This document shows, piece by piece, positions 38,690 to 50,200 of a DNA stretch of 64,000 nucleotides. The DNA is from Camelus dromedarius. Lineage: Eukaryota. Each line of letters starts with the position of its first letter. The stretch's first letter is position 1. The DNA lies in NCBI RefSeq assembly GCF_036321535.1, contig NC_087437.1, positions 38,504,001 to 38,568,000 on the forward strand, written 5' to 3'. The notes beneath the pieces were generated by a model. That model had not been told where the DNA came from. It searched no databases and was given only the letters and a program-made list of their open reading frames with translations. The translations under genes were made by a program, and so were the position numbers.

Positions 38690-39830
38690 TCTTCCTTTGT
38701 GCTGAGTTTAGTTCCACCCTTGAATTAGCCTGCTCTGTTTGCTGAGTTACCTGCAGGACACTAAACGCTCATCAGAGGGTAAAAAGAACTTGGTTCTTTG
38801 TCTTTCTTGAGAAAAAGAATTTAAACTGGAGACTGAAAGCATGATATAAATAGAAAATTTTATTAATAGAGCAAAAGTTAGTATAGTATGCCTCTGAGAA
38901 TTGAAGGTGGGCCAACCCAAGAGACGAAAACGGCAGCTCTCCTTTGTTTCTCCTGTTTGTATCCTGGCTTGTGGGTGTTCTAGTGACTGATTGACAACTC
39001 ATGTGTCTTGAGTGCTCAGGCATGTTTGTCTCTTTTGCTCACGCTGTTACCCATGAGGCACACAGAAAAACCTACCGGAGGGGGCCCAAACCGCAATGCT
39101 AATTATATTATAATGAGCACTGGGTGATGTTAAGCCAAGTCCCTCTCCCTACCGTGCAGCCGCAGGGTTCAATTCTAACTGGCTTCTTTGTTGGCACTCA
39201 TTTAGAGAAAGTAAAACTCTTTGAATTTCTTATCCTGAGCGCAGGCGTACTGTTATCTTCTAAATCGTTCCCTCCCCTTTCCTTTCCCCTTGCCCAGTGC
39301 TCATTTGTATCTAACTGCCTAACATTGGCACAAAACAGACTGATTAATAATAGTATTGCTTGGAAGCTATAGCCGGTGGAGTTTGGAGATGGTTTGTATC
39401 AGCGGCTCGTCAGCATTTTTTATTGGTAGCAGTGAGATTGATGATTTGCCCCTGGTATCTGTGAAATCTTTAGAGCAGTTTGCCATTGGGTCTGATTAGG
39501 TAGAATGTGCTTACATGACCATCAGAAACCTCAGATGAGTCCCCATTTTAGAGCTCTGTTTCTGAGGTAATTTTTATCCATATGATGGTCCTGATCCAAG
39601 AGGGAAAGCGTGTCTGACACAGCTCTACAGAAGGAGGATATCGTGGCTCACACCTGCTTATCTGGACACTTTCCTATAAGGCATCCTTCATCTGTGGTAT
39701 ATATCCTTCCCTTAATGCTGTGGTCATACTGTATCTTTTCCTACAATAGACTATACATGTGTAAGTATTTTTATTTTGGGTCATATGAATCTTCTTTAGC
39801 AATCAAATCCTTCTAACTGACGCTGTTAAT
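38690..39830 (+). mobile_element. MER21/MER68/MER77-like ERVL LTR interrupted by a younger LTR
   Basis: 'gtgcttacatgacca', 'cagctctacagaaggaggat..ggctcacacctg', 'gggtcatatgaatcttctttagcaatca'. Confidence 0.55.
38768..39324 (-). mobile_element. Younger ERV1-like solo LTR
   Basis: Ends 'tatctaactgcctaaca' (TGTTAGG on -); antisense poly(A) signal 'ttttatt' near 38860; retained CpGs. Left boundary approximate. Confidence 0.75.
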
Positions 39831-40857
39831 GTAGCCTCAGTATCATTATGTGGCCTGAGAAGTTGGCCCTCCTTATTGCATTTACAATGTTGGCATAGTT
39901 TGGAAGTCCTGTAGTAAAGATAGTAGCAGGAACCATTTAGTCAGAGGGGCCTGAGAAAGTTTTGTTAGGTTTTTATGTACCAGTATGTAACCTTCTGTTC
40001 TAGGTATGCCTAAGAAAGGTGTGGATATAGTGTTGACAGTCAGGTTTAGAGAAGTCTTGTGATTAGGAGAAGGAGGCCCCAACAAAACTTTATATGATCC
40101 CCAAAACTTATATTCTCACCATCCAAGTATGTTACTGCCTAAACTCCAGATCACAGAACTTACTGTGGGGTGAAGGAGACCTATTTTAAGTGGGGAAAAC
40201 ACATAATGGATTAATACTTTCACTATTGATTGAGAAATGTTTTTCCACCATACAATGTAATAAAGCTCATTTTATAAATTAAGTTCATTAATAGAAAAGT
40301 GAAGTTACATCTGTAATGCCTGAGATTCTAGCCTGAGATTGATACCCATTTAAAATAATGACTTTTCGCCCCCAGGCCACAAAGAACATTCATAAATTAA
40401 CAACCTCCAGAGAAGCTTACTCAGTACAGCACATTTAACAAATGTTTATTGAATATATGGTAGAAAATAAATACAATCTTATGAACAAAATTTTTAAAAG
40501 AGTCTTGTTGAAAATAACATAACAATCAAATCATCACAAATAAATGTATAATTTATTACTTAATAAATCTGAATTATGAAAACAAAGGACATGGTCCTGT
40601 GTATCTATTTAAAGCATGGCATGCCAAGTATTGGAGGGGTGGGCCAAATAAGCTGTCTGTCCTGAAAAGACACTTGTATTAAAATGTGAAAGATCAAAAG
40701 AAGATGAATAGGCAAGTTTGAGTGTAGTAAGACATGAGGGAGATCTGAGAAGGAAAAAAGATAAATGTTCAGTAAGTTAAAAGATGGGTGTTGCCAAATA
40801 TTTCTGAAAAGAAATCCCAGTACTATCTCCTTGCAACTGAGAATCTCTACCCTGAGG

Positions 40858-40858
<1 letters not shown>

Positions 40859-40900
<42 letters not shown>
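40859..40900. repeat. (TG)n microsatellite
   Basis: Direct read. Confidence 0.97.
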
Positions 40901-40904
<4 letters not shown>

Positions 40905-41405
40905 TGAATGTGTGTTTCAACAAATGACTGCGCTAACAATAGAATTTCTTAACAAGATGAATGAGGCTTTACTTTTTTAAACTTTGACTTTAACTAAAGG
41001 TCATAAACTCAAGTTCCTCTATGGTCAAAGAAAACAACTTAAATCATACTAGAAAACAGTAAACTGCAGAGCTCATGCTTATCTAGAATGGGCAGTTACT
41101 AATATTCATAAAAGTATTATTGAATAATCACCCCAGGCTTAGTATAATGCTGAGTATTGTGTTAGTAGTAGTGCTAAAAACTGCAACCATGCAAGGAAGC
41201 AGATAATACCATGTCCCTTCTTTAATGATGAGGAAGCTGAATCTAATAAAGATACCTCTTTAACATTCATCCAGTTTTTAAAAGTATTGATCATTCACAG
41301 TGAAACGTATGATACCCATGCATATGTTTGTATCTGTTGTGCTATGTAAGCTCTGAGATAGGGGCATTTATTTACTTTTACTAAATATGGTAAGGAGTGA
41401 GTCTA

Positions 41406-41945
41406 TGTGGTATCCATGTTGTTTCCTCCCGGAGTGTAAATGCTACTTTCTCCTTTTATAAGAGAAACCTCACTCACTCTTCTTCAAGATCTCAACCATG
41501 TGTTTCGAGGGAAATCAGTTGATGGGTTCTGAACAGTCTAATCCTGGTAAAGTCATTTCCCCTTGCAAGTATTTGACATAAAAGAGGGCAGGCCTAAGCA
41601 AATTTGGTCAATTAACTTGAGAATATGATAGATGCTTCCTGGAAAGAAGCTTCCTTACTATTAAAATACAGCCTGAAGAAGAAGGCTTCCTTGCTCACAG
41701 CTATTCATGAGAAAGCATAGCCCAAATTGCTGCTGCAGCTCTGAAGGGTCCAGTCTTAGGATGTAGCAAACCCACTGGGGCAGAGCAAAGCTTGGAAATG
41801 ACTTGGTTATTTTCACAAAAATTTTTGTCCTTGAATCAGTTATCTACTCTGGTTCTGTAAATTAATGAATTTGTGTGTTTGTATGTTTTAGGTCAATTTA
41901 AATTTTAATTTATTTCATTTGTTTAATTAATCTACTAATAATACA
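41406..41945 (+). mobile_element. Old MaLR LTR (MLT1J/K/L-like)
   Basis: TG..ATACA ends; 'catttccccttgc', 'aatttggtcaat', 'gcttcctggaaagaagcttccttact', 'ttgctgctgcagc'. Confidence 0.6.
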
Positions 41946-42504
41946 GACAGCCTTAAAAGTTAAAGAAACCATGTTTGGAGGAGAGTTTTCAGGCACATAG
42001 GAAAGAAAAAGGGATTTTAGGAAGATGAAAACGATGGAAAGGAAAGAAAAGAATGATAAGTGGCCTGGGAATAAAGGAGTTTCAATATGATTGAAGCAGA
42101 AGCTAAAGTTAGGGTGAAAATATACTAAAATTTAGAAAAATAGAAATACAGTAAAAAAAAAAAAAATAGAAAAAAATTACCAAAGAAGAATCCAATTGAT
42201 TGCTGCTCAGTTAGAGAATTCTGAGGAAAAGCATTTATAAATGAAAAATATACATATGCTTTAATAGCTATGTAAATTTAAAGAGTAAAGGATAGAATAA
42301 AATCTAAAGAGTCACAGCAGTTATGAAAATAACAAGGGAAATATGCATATGTTCCTATAATCAAGCACAGCACTAAATATTTTATGAGGAGATATATATA
42401 TATCTCAGGACAGAATTCAAATATATAGGGAGTATGTGCATTTGATGAGAGAGAAAAATGGTACTGAAGATCAGGGATAATTTAGAAAAAGATATCTGTT
42501 CAGG

Positions 42505-43750
42505 ATAGTGATTTTATTTCATTGGATATATATCCAGGAGTGGAACTGTTGAATCATATGATGGTCATATTTTTAATTTTTTGAGGAACCTCCCTGCTGT
42601 TTTCCATGATTGTACCAATTTATAATGCCACCAACAGAGTACAAGAGTTCCTTTTTTCATATCATCACCATTACTTATTTTTTTCGCTTTTTGAAAATGA
42701 CTGTTTACCAGGTACAAGGTAGAATTTCAATGTGGTTTTAAGTCACATTTCCCTGAAATAGTAGCATGTTGAGCATCTTTTCATATACCTATTGGTCATT
42801 TCTATGTGTTTTGGAAAAATGTCTATTTAGATTCTTGCCAAATTTTTGGACTGCTTTTTCTTTTTTTTTGCTGTTGAGTTTATGTATTCCTTATATATTT
42901 TGGATATTAACCCATTATCTGATATATGGTTTGCAAGTATTTTCTCCATTCCATAGGTTGCGTTTTCTTTCTGTTGATTGATTCCTTTGCTGTGCAAGAG
43001 CTTTATAGTTTAATGCAGTCTCACTTGTCTGTTTTGCTTTTGTTGCCTGCATTTTCAGTATCAAATTTTTAAAAACTGCCAAAACCAATGTCAAGGAATT
43101 TGTCCTCCATGTTTTCTTCTAGAAGTTTTATATGTTTAGGTCTTACATTTAAGTCTTCAATCCATTTTGAGTTGATTTGTGTATGATGAAAGATAGAGGT
43201 ACAATTTAACTCTTTTGCATGTTGATATCCAGTTTTCCCAGCATCATTTTTGAATACTGATCTTTCTTCCCTGGGTATTCTTGTGTATTTTTGTTGAAAT
43301 TTAGTTGACTGAATGTGCATGGGTTTATTTCTGATTCAATGGAGAGATTCTGCTCCATTGATCCATGTTTCTGTTTATTTTCCAATACCATACTATTTTG
43401 ACTACTATAGCTTTGTAATATAGCTTGAAATCATGAAGTGTAATACCTCTAACTTTCTTAATCTTTCTCAAGATTAATTTGAATATACAGAGTCTTTTGT
43501 GTTCCATATGAATTTTAGATTTTGTTTATACTTCTATGAAACATGACATTAGAATTTTGATAGGGATTGAGTTGAATTTATAGATCGCTTTTGGTAGTGT
43601 GGGTAATTTCAAATAATTTGTCTTTAAGTTTGCAGAGTTTCTCTTCTGATTGATCATGTCTGCTATTGACACTCTACACTACATTTTTTAAAAATAATTC
43701 GTTATATTCTTCAGCTCCATAATTTCTGTTTGGTTCTTTGTTATGGTTTT
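42505..43750 (-). mobile_element. L1 ORF2 fragment (frameshifted) joined to an ORF1-like fragment at ~43620-43750
   Basis: Frames give [28 protein letters not shown] and [20 protein letters not shown], characteristic of L1 ORF2p. Confidence 0.93.
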
Positions 43751-43904
43751 AATTATAAGTCTTTTAACAATTGCAAATAACTTATGTCTTGCCTTCTTTA
43801 AAATATAATTCTCTCAATTTTTTCCTTAGACATTTATCCAAATGAGTTATATATGTTTATCTACATTAATATCCCCCAATTGAAAATGTCATTTTGAAAT
43901 AATT

Positions 43905-43954
43905 TTTTTAAATTTTATTTTATTGAGTTATAGTTAGTTTACAATGTTGTGTCA
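43905..43954 (-). mobile_element. Ultra-truncated (~50 bp) young L1 with a perfect 14-bp TSD
   Basis: T-rich tail + 'tattgagttatagttagtttacaatgttgtgtca', flanked by attttgaaataatt at 43891-43904 and 43955-43968. Confidence 0.9.
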
Positions 43955-44139
43955 ATTTTGAAATAATTGTTGAACTTTCTTAAACTATAAATAAGACAGT
44001 GCTCATAAAATAGACACTTTTGGTTCAGAGTCACACATATGTGTATTTTCTTTCTGTAGGGAATATGGCAACACTTCTGCTTTTAAAGTAAAGGTTATTC
44101 TCTGAATTTTACAAGGCATTATCAAATATAGATCAGTCT

Positions 44140-44830
44140 TATTTTTTTATATTTTAAACATTTTTTATTGAGTAATAGTCATTTTACAATGTTGTGTCAA
44201 ATTCCAGTGTAGAGCACAATTTTTCAGTTATACATGAACATACATACATTCATTGTCACATTTTTTTTCCACTGTGAGCTACCACAAGATCTTCTATATA
44301 TTTCCCTGTGCTATACAGTATAATCTTGTTTATGTATTCTACATTTTAAAATCCCAGTCTATCCCTTCCCACCCCTCACCCCCTTGGAAACCACAAGTTT
44401 GTAATCTATGTCTATGAGTCTATTTCTGTTTTGTATTTATGTTTTTGTTTTTGTTTTTGTTTTTAGATTCCACATATGAGTGATCTCATATGGTATTTTT
44501 CTCTCTCCTTCTGGCTCACTTCTCTCAGAATGACACTCTCCAGGAACATCCATGTTGCTGCAAATGGCATTATGTTGTCAGTTTTTGTGGCTGAATAGTA
44601 TTCCATCATATAAATATACCACTTCTTCTTTATCCAGTCATCTGTTGATGGACATTTAGGCTATTTCCATGTCTTGGCTATTGTAAATAGTGCTGCTATA
44701 AACATTGGGGTGCAGGTGTCATTTTGAAGTAAGGTTCCTTCTGGATATATGCCCAGGAGCGGGATTCCTGGGTCATATGGTAAGTCTATTCCTAGTCTTT
44801 TGAGGAATCTCTATGTTTTACACAGTGGCT
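44140..44830 (-). mobile_element. Young lineage-specific L1 3' end (camelid-type by recall)
   Basis: 'ttttattgagtaatagtcattttacaatgttgtgtcaaattccagtgtagagcac..catacatacattcattgtcaca..gtgagctaccacaagatc..ggatatatgcccaggagcgggattcctggg'. Confidence 0.92.
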
Positions 44831-45859
44831 TTCTTTGCTTCCCTCTAGTCTTACACTTTTTAAAAAGATGAAAGTATGACAAAATATTATATCTTAGTAA
44901 TCTAAAGAAGGAAAAGTTGTAGAACTGCATTAAGAAGTGACTGAATTTGGGAGGAGCAACAAACATGTAAAATAAATAATTACAATGCAGTTCTCCAAAT
45001 GATATATTAAAAGTAGGTTAAAAATGCTGAGAGATCATATAGGAGATAAGTAATAAATATGCTCATACATATACATGTTCTTTCATAGGTTTAATTTCTT
45101 GCCAGATTTAATTCTTCCTTAGAATATGGGGATTTGTAATTGTCAAATCAAATTATTCTCAGTGTCCAAGTAGCTTCATTCATAACACTCAATAGGCCAT
45201 AAAAGTAATTTTGAAATGTAGAATTGGGTTATTGTTTTGTTATAAAAGTAATCTAAATATATATAAAAGCAAATTACATATTATAGAATCTATAATTTTA
45301 GTCAGTTACAACTCATCAACTTAAGTATTTTCAGAAGGAAGAGAAAAGAATTAAGGATGAAGTTATGGTGGTGGTGGGGTGTATTATCAGTATATCTTAC
45401 AACAAACAAATCTTAAATATATAAAATCTTGGGAAAGCAAAACTATGCTCTCTCCATGTTTGCAGCTTTCAGTCTCATATGTCTCAACTTCAGTGCCTTT
45501 GCTTAAAATCTTCACTCTCCTTTCTTGTCTCCATATCCATGTGTTCAAGTTTTACTAATTTGTCAGACCTATTTCTCCTACAAGACTTGCTAAATCACAC
45601 AAGTTAAAATTAATTACTTCTTTATAGCATTTACAAACCCCAAATGTTTATTAACATTCATTATTATAATCTGCAATGTGTTTTTTTTAGGGATCTTTTC
45701 ACATTCATCTTTGTAACGTGTGTCACAGATGTTCACTATAAATGACTGTGGCTATTTTCAATCATTCATTTTGCCTATGGTAAAAGATAATGACCAACTG
45801 TGATTAGATTTCAGATAGATTGCAAAAATATTTAAAAACAGGAATGAAATTAAGTCAAC

Positions 45860-46105
45860 CTCAGGTAGCATAAGTGTGAAATAACATGGCTTTGGAACCA
45901 TACATACTTAGAGTACAATCCTAGCTCACTAACTTGATAATTCTGTTGTACAGGTCAAGCTATTACCTTTCAACTGTAATGCCTTTGTTGTTTGTATAAT
46001 AGGGATAATATTATGTAACATTCACAGTAGGTCTGACAATTATAAATCATAAACATGAATACCTGGAATAGCTTCTCTTATAGATACTCAAAAATTGGTG
46101 GCTAG
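45860..46105 (+). mobile_element. MIR (near full length)
   Basis: 'catggctttggaacca..aatcctagctc..ggtcaagctatt..tgtataatagggataata..tagatactcaaaaattggtggcta'. Confidence 0.75.
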
Positions 46106-46631
46106 TACCTGGAGAAGTAGTAATAGTCAGTATTATTGGTCACCTAAAGACTGGCTAGAATAAAGCACCAATGAACCTATCATATTGGTATTAAAATAAC
46201 AATTAATTATGTTAGGACATATACACATGATATTTATGGTAATGTACTTACAAATCTAAATTAAGTGCCTGAAAGAACTTATGATATTATTTATCAAATA
46301 TTAGATCCTTCCAGCACAGCAAAAGATACAAATAATTGACAGGTGTAGCTCGATCAGATGTTTTGTGGTTGGCCATGAGGTAATGTAAACTTTAAAATAT
46401 GTAGTCATAGCTGATATGAAAATGTATGCTATTAGTTGACAATATAAGCTTGTTTCTCTTTATTATTATTAATAAAATACTTAATTGCTTTGGAAGCTTA
46501 ATAATGTTGCTTTGTATAACTCAAAATGTAATTATATGAATGTCCCAAATATCAGACGCTTGAGTATATGTGTACACCTCTTTAAGTTGTACCTTATTTG
46601 GCAAAAATTGTTGTATATCTTTATATGGATA

Positions 46632-46702
46632 GTGTATGTGTGTGTGTGTGTGTGTGTATGTGTGTGTGAGAGAGAGAGAGAGGCAGACAGACAGACAGAC
46701 AG
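46632..46702. repeat. Compound (TG)n(AG)n(ACAG)n microsatellite
   Basis: Direct read. Confidence 0.95.
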
Positions 46703-49700
46703 AGCCAGAGACAAAAAAAAAGACAGGAAGGCGAGAATGAGATAGAGCCAGGTAGAAGTAATTTTAAAAATGATGGAATGAAATAAAATAAAATGAATTG
46801 AAGAGAATGCACCAAAAAGATATCACTGAGAGATAATACATAATACTAATGCAAAACAACTGTTATCTTTCCCTGAGATTTACATTTTCAGGGTACTTGT
46901 ATAAAATATTCTCATAGTAATAGTGCTCAAAACATAGTGTATATGTACTTAAAAACTACATAAGTGAGTATACTTTAAAAATGTTCTGCTTTTCAGAACT
47001 CATTTCTAAAATAATTGTTTTCTAAGAACTCCTCTTGTGCTGTCAGAATGGAGTTAGCATTTATGCTCTTACTTTCAATCCCTTGGAAGAATAAATCCTT
47101 TCAAATGCAAGAGGATCCTAAAAATAGTCACTGGCCAGTAAGGATTAATCAGACTCTGCTCATGTTATCAGTTATTTATATACCATTTTCCCAACTGAGC
47201 ATCCCTGCCACCGTAATGACCTGAATGCATGCAGTGCTCAGCAGCTGAGGCAAAGCTTACAAGCTGATTTTATTGCTTTAGACACGTTGAACAACAGAAG
47301 AGCCCATCAGCACAGGAACATTAGGATGCCAGAAGTGTGTTCCAATCATTTGCAATAGGAAATCACTCTACAGTATGAATATACATTAAATCTTGAGTTT
47401 CTTTTTTTCAGTCTGTAACACCCAATAAACTATACCTTAGCAGCAGTGATAAATGCATTTTCCTAAATGAAATGCAAATGGTATCTTAATTTGATATTTA
47501 AGTTAACTGATCACCATTCCCCACTAACGGTTTTATAGTTAACCTCTTTGACTTCTTGGCACTGCTGAAATTTGGGGGCATATTGAATTACCTTCTATCA
47601 ACTGAGAATAATAACCTTCATATCCATGATACAGAATAGTACTTTTATTTTTTGAGTTGGGTCCCAGACCTTGCATAGAGTATTCTTATTCTTATATCAT
47701 AGTAATTTAATTTGTGTTCACTATGAGTCATTGAGTTAGACAGTTATTTATATCTTATTCTTCTGTCCTTGAAAAATAAAAAGGTTTTTATGTGTGTAGA
47801 GATATGTATATATGTAATATTTCTATTCCAGAAGCTAAAATAAAGGTGGAATAATTGTCTCTACTTCATCGATTTGCACCTAAAGCTTTTTCTGCTTAGA
47901 AATTTCATATATGCCAATTTATATTTGCTATCGTTGATGATTTCATATTGTGATATCCTCACCTTATGCAAAATATAACATATGTGTAATACCATACTAT
48001 ACTAGCAGGCTGACAGAATTAGAAATTATCATAGAGAGTATCACTGTAAGTAATTATTTTGATACCACAATTTATTTTCTTATGACATAAAATCTCAGAA
48101 TGGGGAAATCCTCCAAAATATGTATTCATTGTCATAGCTTCAATGTAGAGAATGAAATTAGAAGGAAATTTTAGTTATTTTGAATCAAATAAAACACCTA
48201 TTGGTATTAATTTTATGTTGATGACTTCAGCAAGAATCAAGAGCTTTCAAGTATTTGACAAAGCAATTGGAAAGTGAATAAAAAAATAAATTTAAAAAAT
48301 GTCAACTTTCTTCCATTTTTGTATTCTGTCATGATAGTAAACACATTTATATATTTAATTCAAGAAATTTGTCATGTTCATAGATTTTTAAGATAATAAT
48401 GTGGAATTTGCCTCTTGAGCCTATTGCCATACCTCGATCAATTTACTAATACAAATGCAAATAGTCTTGCTTCTATTTTAATTATTTAATACTGAATTGC
48501 AAGAAATAACTAATAGAAATAAATACATGGTAAAATGTATTGTCCGTGCAAATGCTTGTTTTTCTAGTAAGGAGTGGAGCTAAAATGAACACACTAAGCA
48601 TAAATCTGAGTAGCTGTAAATGATAGAGCAATACATAATTGAGATATACTCTGTGTCGTGAATTGAGTTGTCAGAGCATCTAGCAGAGTTCATGGCTTAC
48701 AGCATGTGCTTAATAAAATGTTCTTGCTGAATTAATAGTAAATTATGAAGAGATGATTAGAAAACATTAGGGAAAATACTAAATGAATACATTTTGAGGG
48801 TCTTACAAGCTTGTTGAATCAGTTGTAATACTGAAATTCTTGATTAACATTTAAATAGTTGTGTCTTTTGTTTTGCCTTGGACATTTACTAGAATTAAGT
48901 TGATTTAAAATAATTCAAAGTAGAGTATAATAATATTTGGAAATATTCTTTTAGGTAATAAAATTGAACTAGATGCAGAGATGGAAGTGATGGTATTATT
49001 TAGGGCATAGGCAATGTATGTCAGGCAAGGTGAATTTTGGGTGGAGGGTGCCTAAATTAGTAGAATTAATGAATAAAATTGATTGTAAAATCCAATGTGC
49101 AACTGATTTTAACATTCAGTTCAGAAGATGGTGTGACCACAGGTGGATGATAGTTAAATATATTTTCTCACTGTGATCTTGAGTCATGTTGACCAGGACT
49201 TGGACATTTCTCTTTTAACGATCTTGAGTTATCCAGAAGAAATACCTTGAATGGCCTATCACTGAAGAAAATATTTGCTGTTAATTGGATAAACATAGCA
49301 GAGTAGCTATAATTAAAAAGAGATTGATGATTTTGTTCAAAGAAATAAAGTGAATTATTGGATGCAAAATCTCTGATGGAAAAAAAATGGTGAAACAGCT
49401 ATTTAATCTTATAGTCATTTTTGGAAAATACAGTGTACCACAAGTGGATCAGTGCTAGAAGCTTTCGCTTGAAAATCCTCCCAGAGATTTCCAGTCACAA
49501 GTGTTTTAAGCTTCTCTCCTCCCAAAGTACTTTGATACGTTTCCTTTAAGACCTGTTCTTATCACTGCATGAATGTGATTTTAGTAATTTGGCATGTGAA
49601 CATTTCTCCAGATAGACTCTAATAATTCTTGAAGATAAAGGCCTTATTTCACTCATTTATGTGTGTATATATATGACAATGGTCGGTGATTTTATCTGCC

Positions 49701-49816
49701 ATATCATAGTATGTACCTTGAGATGAAGTGACTGTAATTGAACTAGAGTACCATTAGCACTGTTGGTCTTATTTCGTTTCCTCTGGGTGCAAGAGTTAGT
49801 AGAATGATGGAGTTAG

Positions 49817-50200
49817 TGTGCCCTGCTGGGTCCTATAGGAAGTAGAAGCACAGAGAGAATTGAACATGAATGGGATTTACTGAGGTTAATGTCTAGGAAA
49901 GCTGAAGAGGAGAAGGATCAGGGGTTGGCAGGAAAAAGCTTCCAATGAATATCTGATAGCTGTGAAAGAAGGGGGAGAAAGGGAGAGTAGATAGTAGGAA
50001 GCACTTCAGACCTCAGTTATGGTACTTCCAGTACCTTCGCCATGCTCAGGCATCAGCTGGGAGCAGCCCTGAGTGAATATGGCCTTGGTGCTGCAATAAA
50101 TTCAAAAGGAGTAGAAGCTGGAGGCTGTTGTCTATAGTTCTCAGAGCAGTTTCTCACTTGACGGAAGATCTGAGTGGCCAACTTCATTAGCCTGTATAGC
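49817..50200 (-). mobile_element. LTR16-family ERVL LTR
   Basis: 'gctgggtcctataggaagtaga..gggatttactgagg..ctgtgaaagaagggggagaaagg..gctgggagcagcc..gaagatctgagtgg'. Confidence 0.7.
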
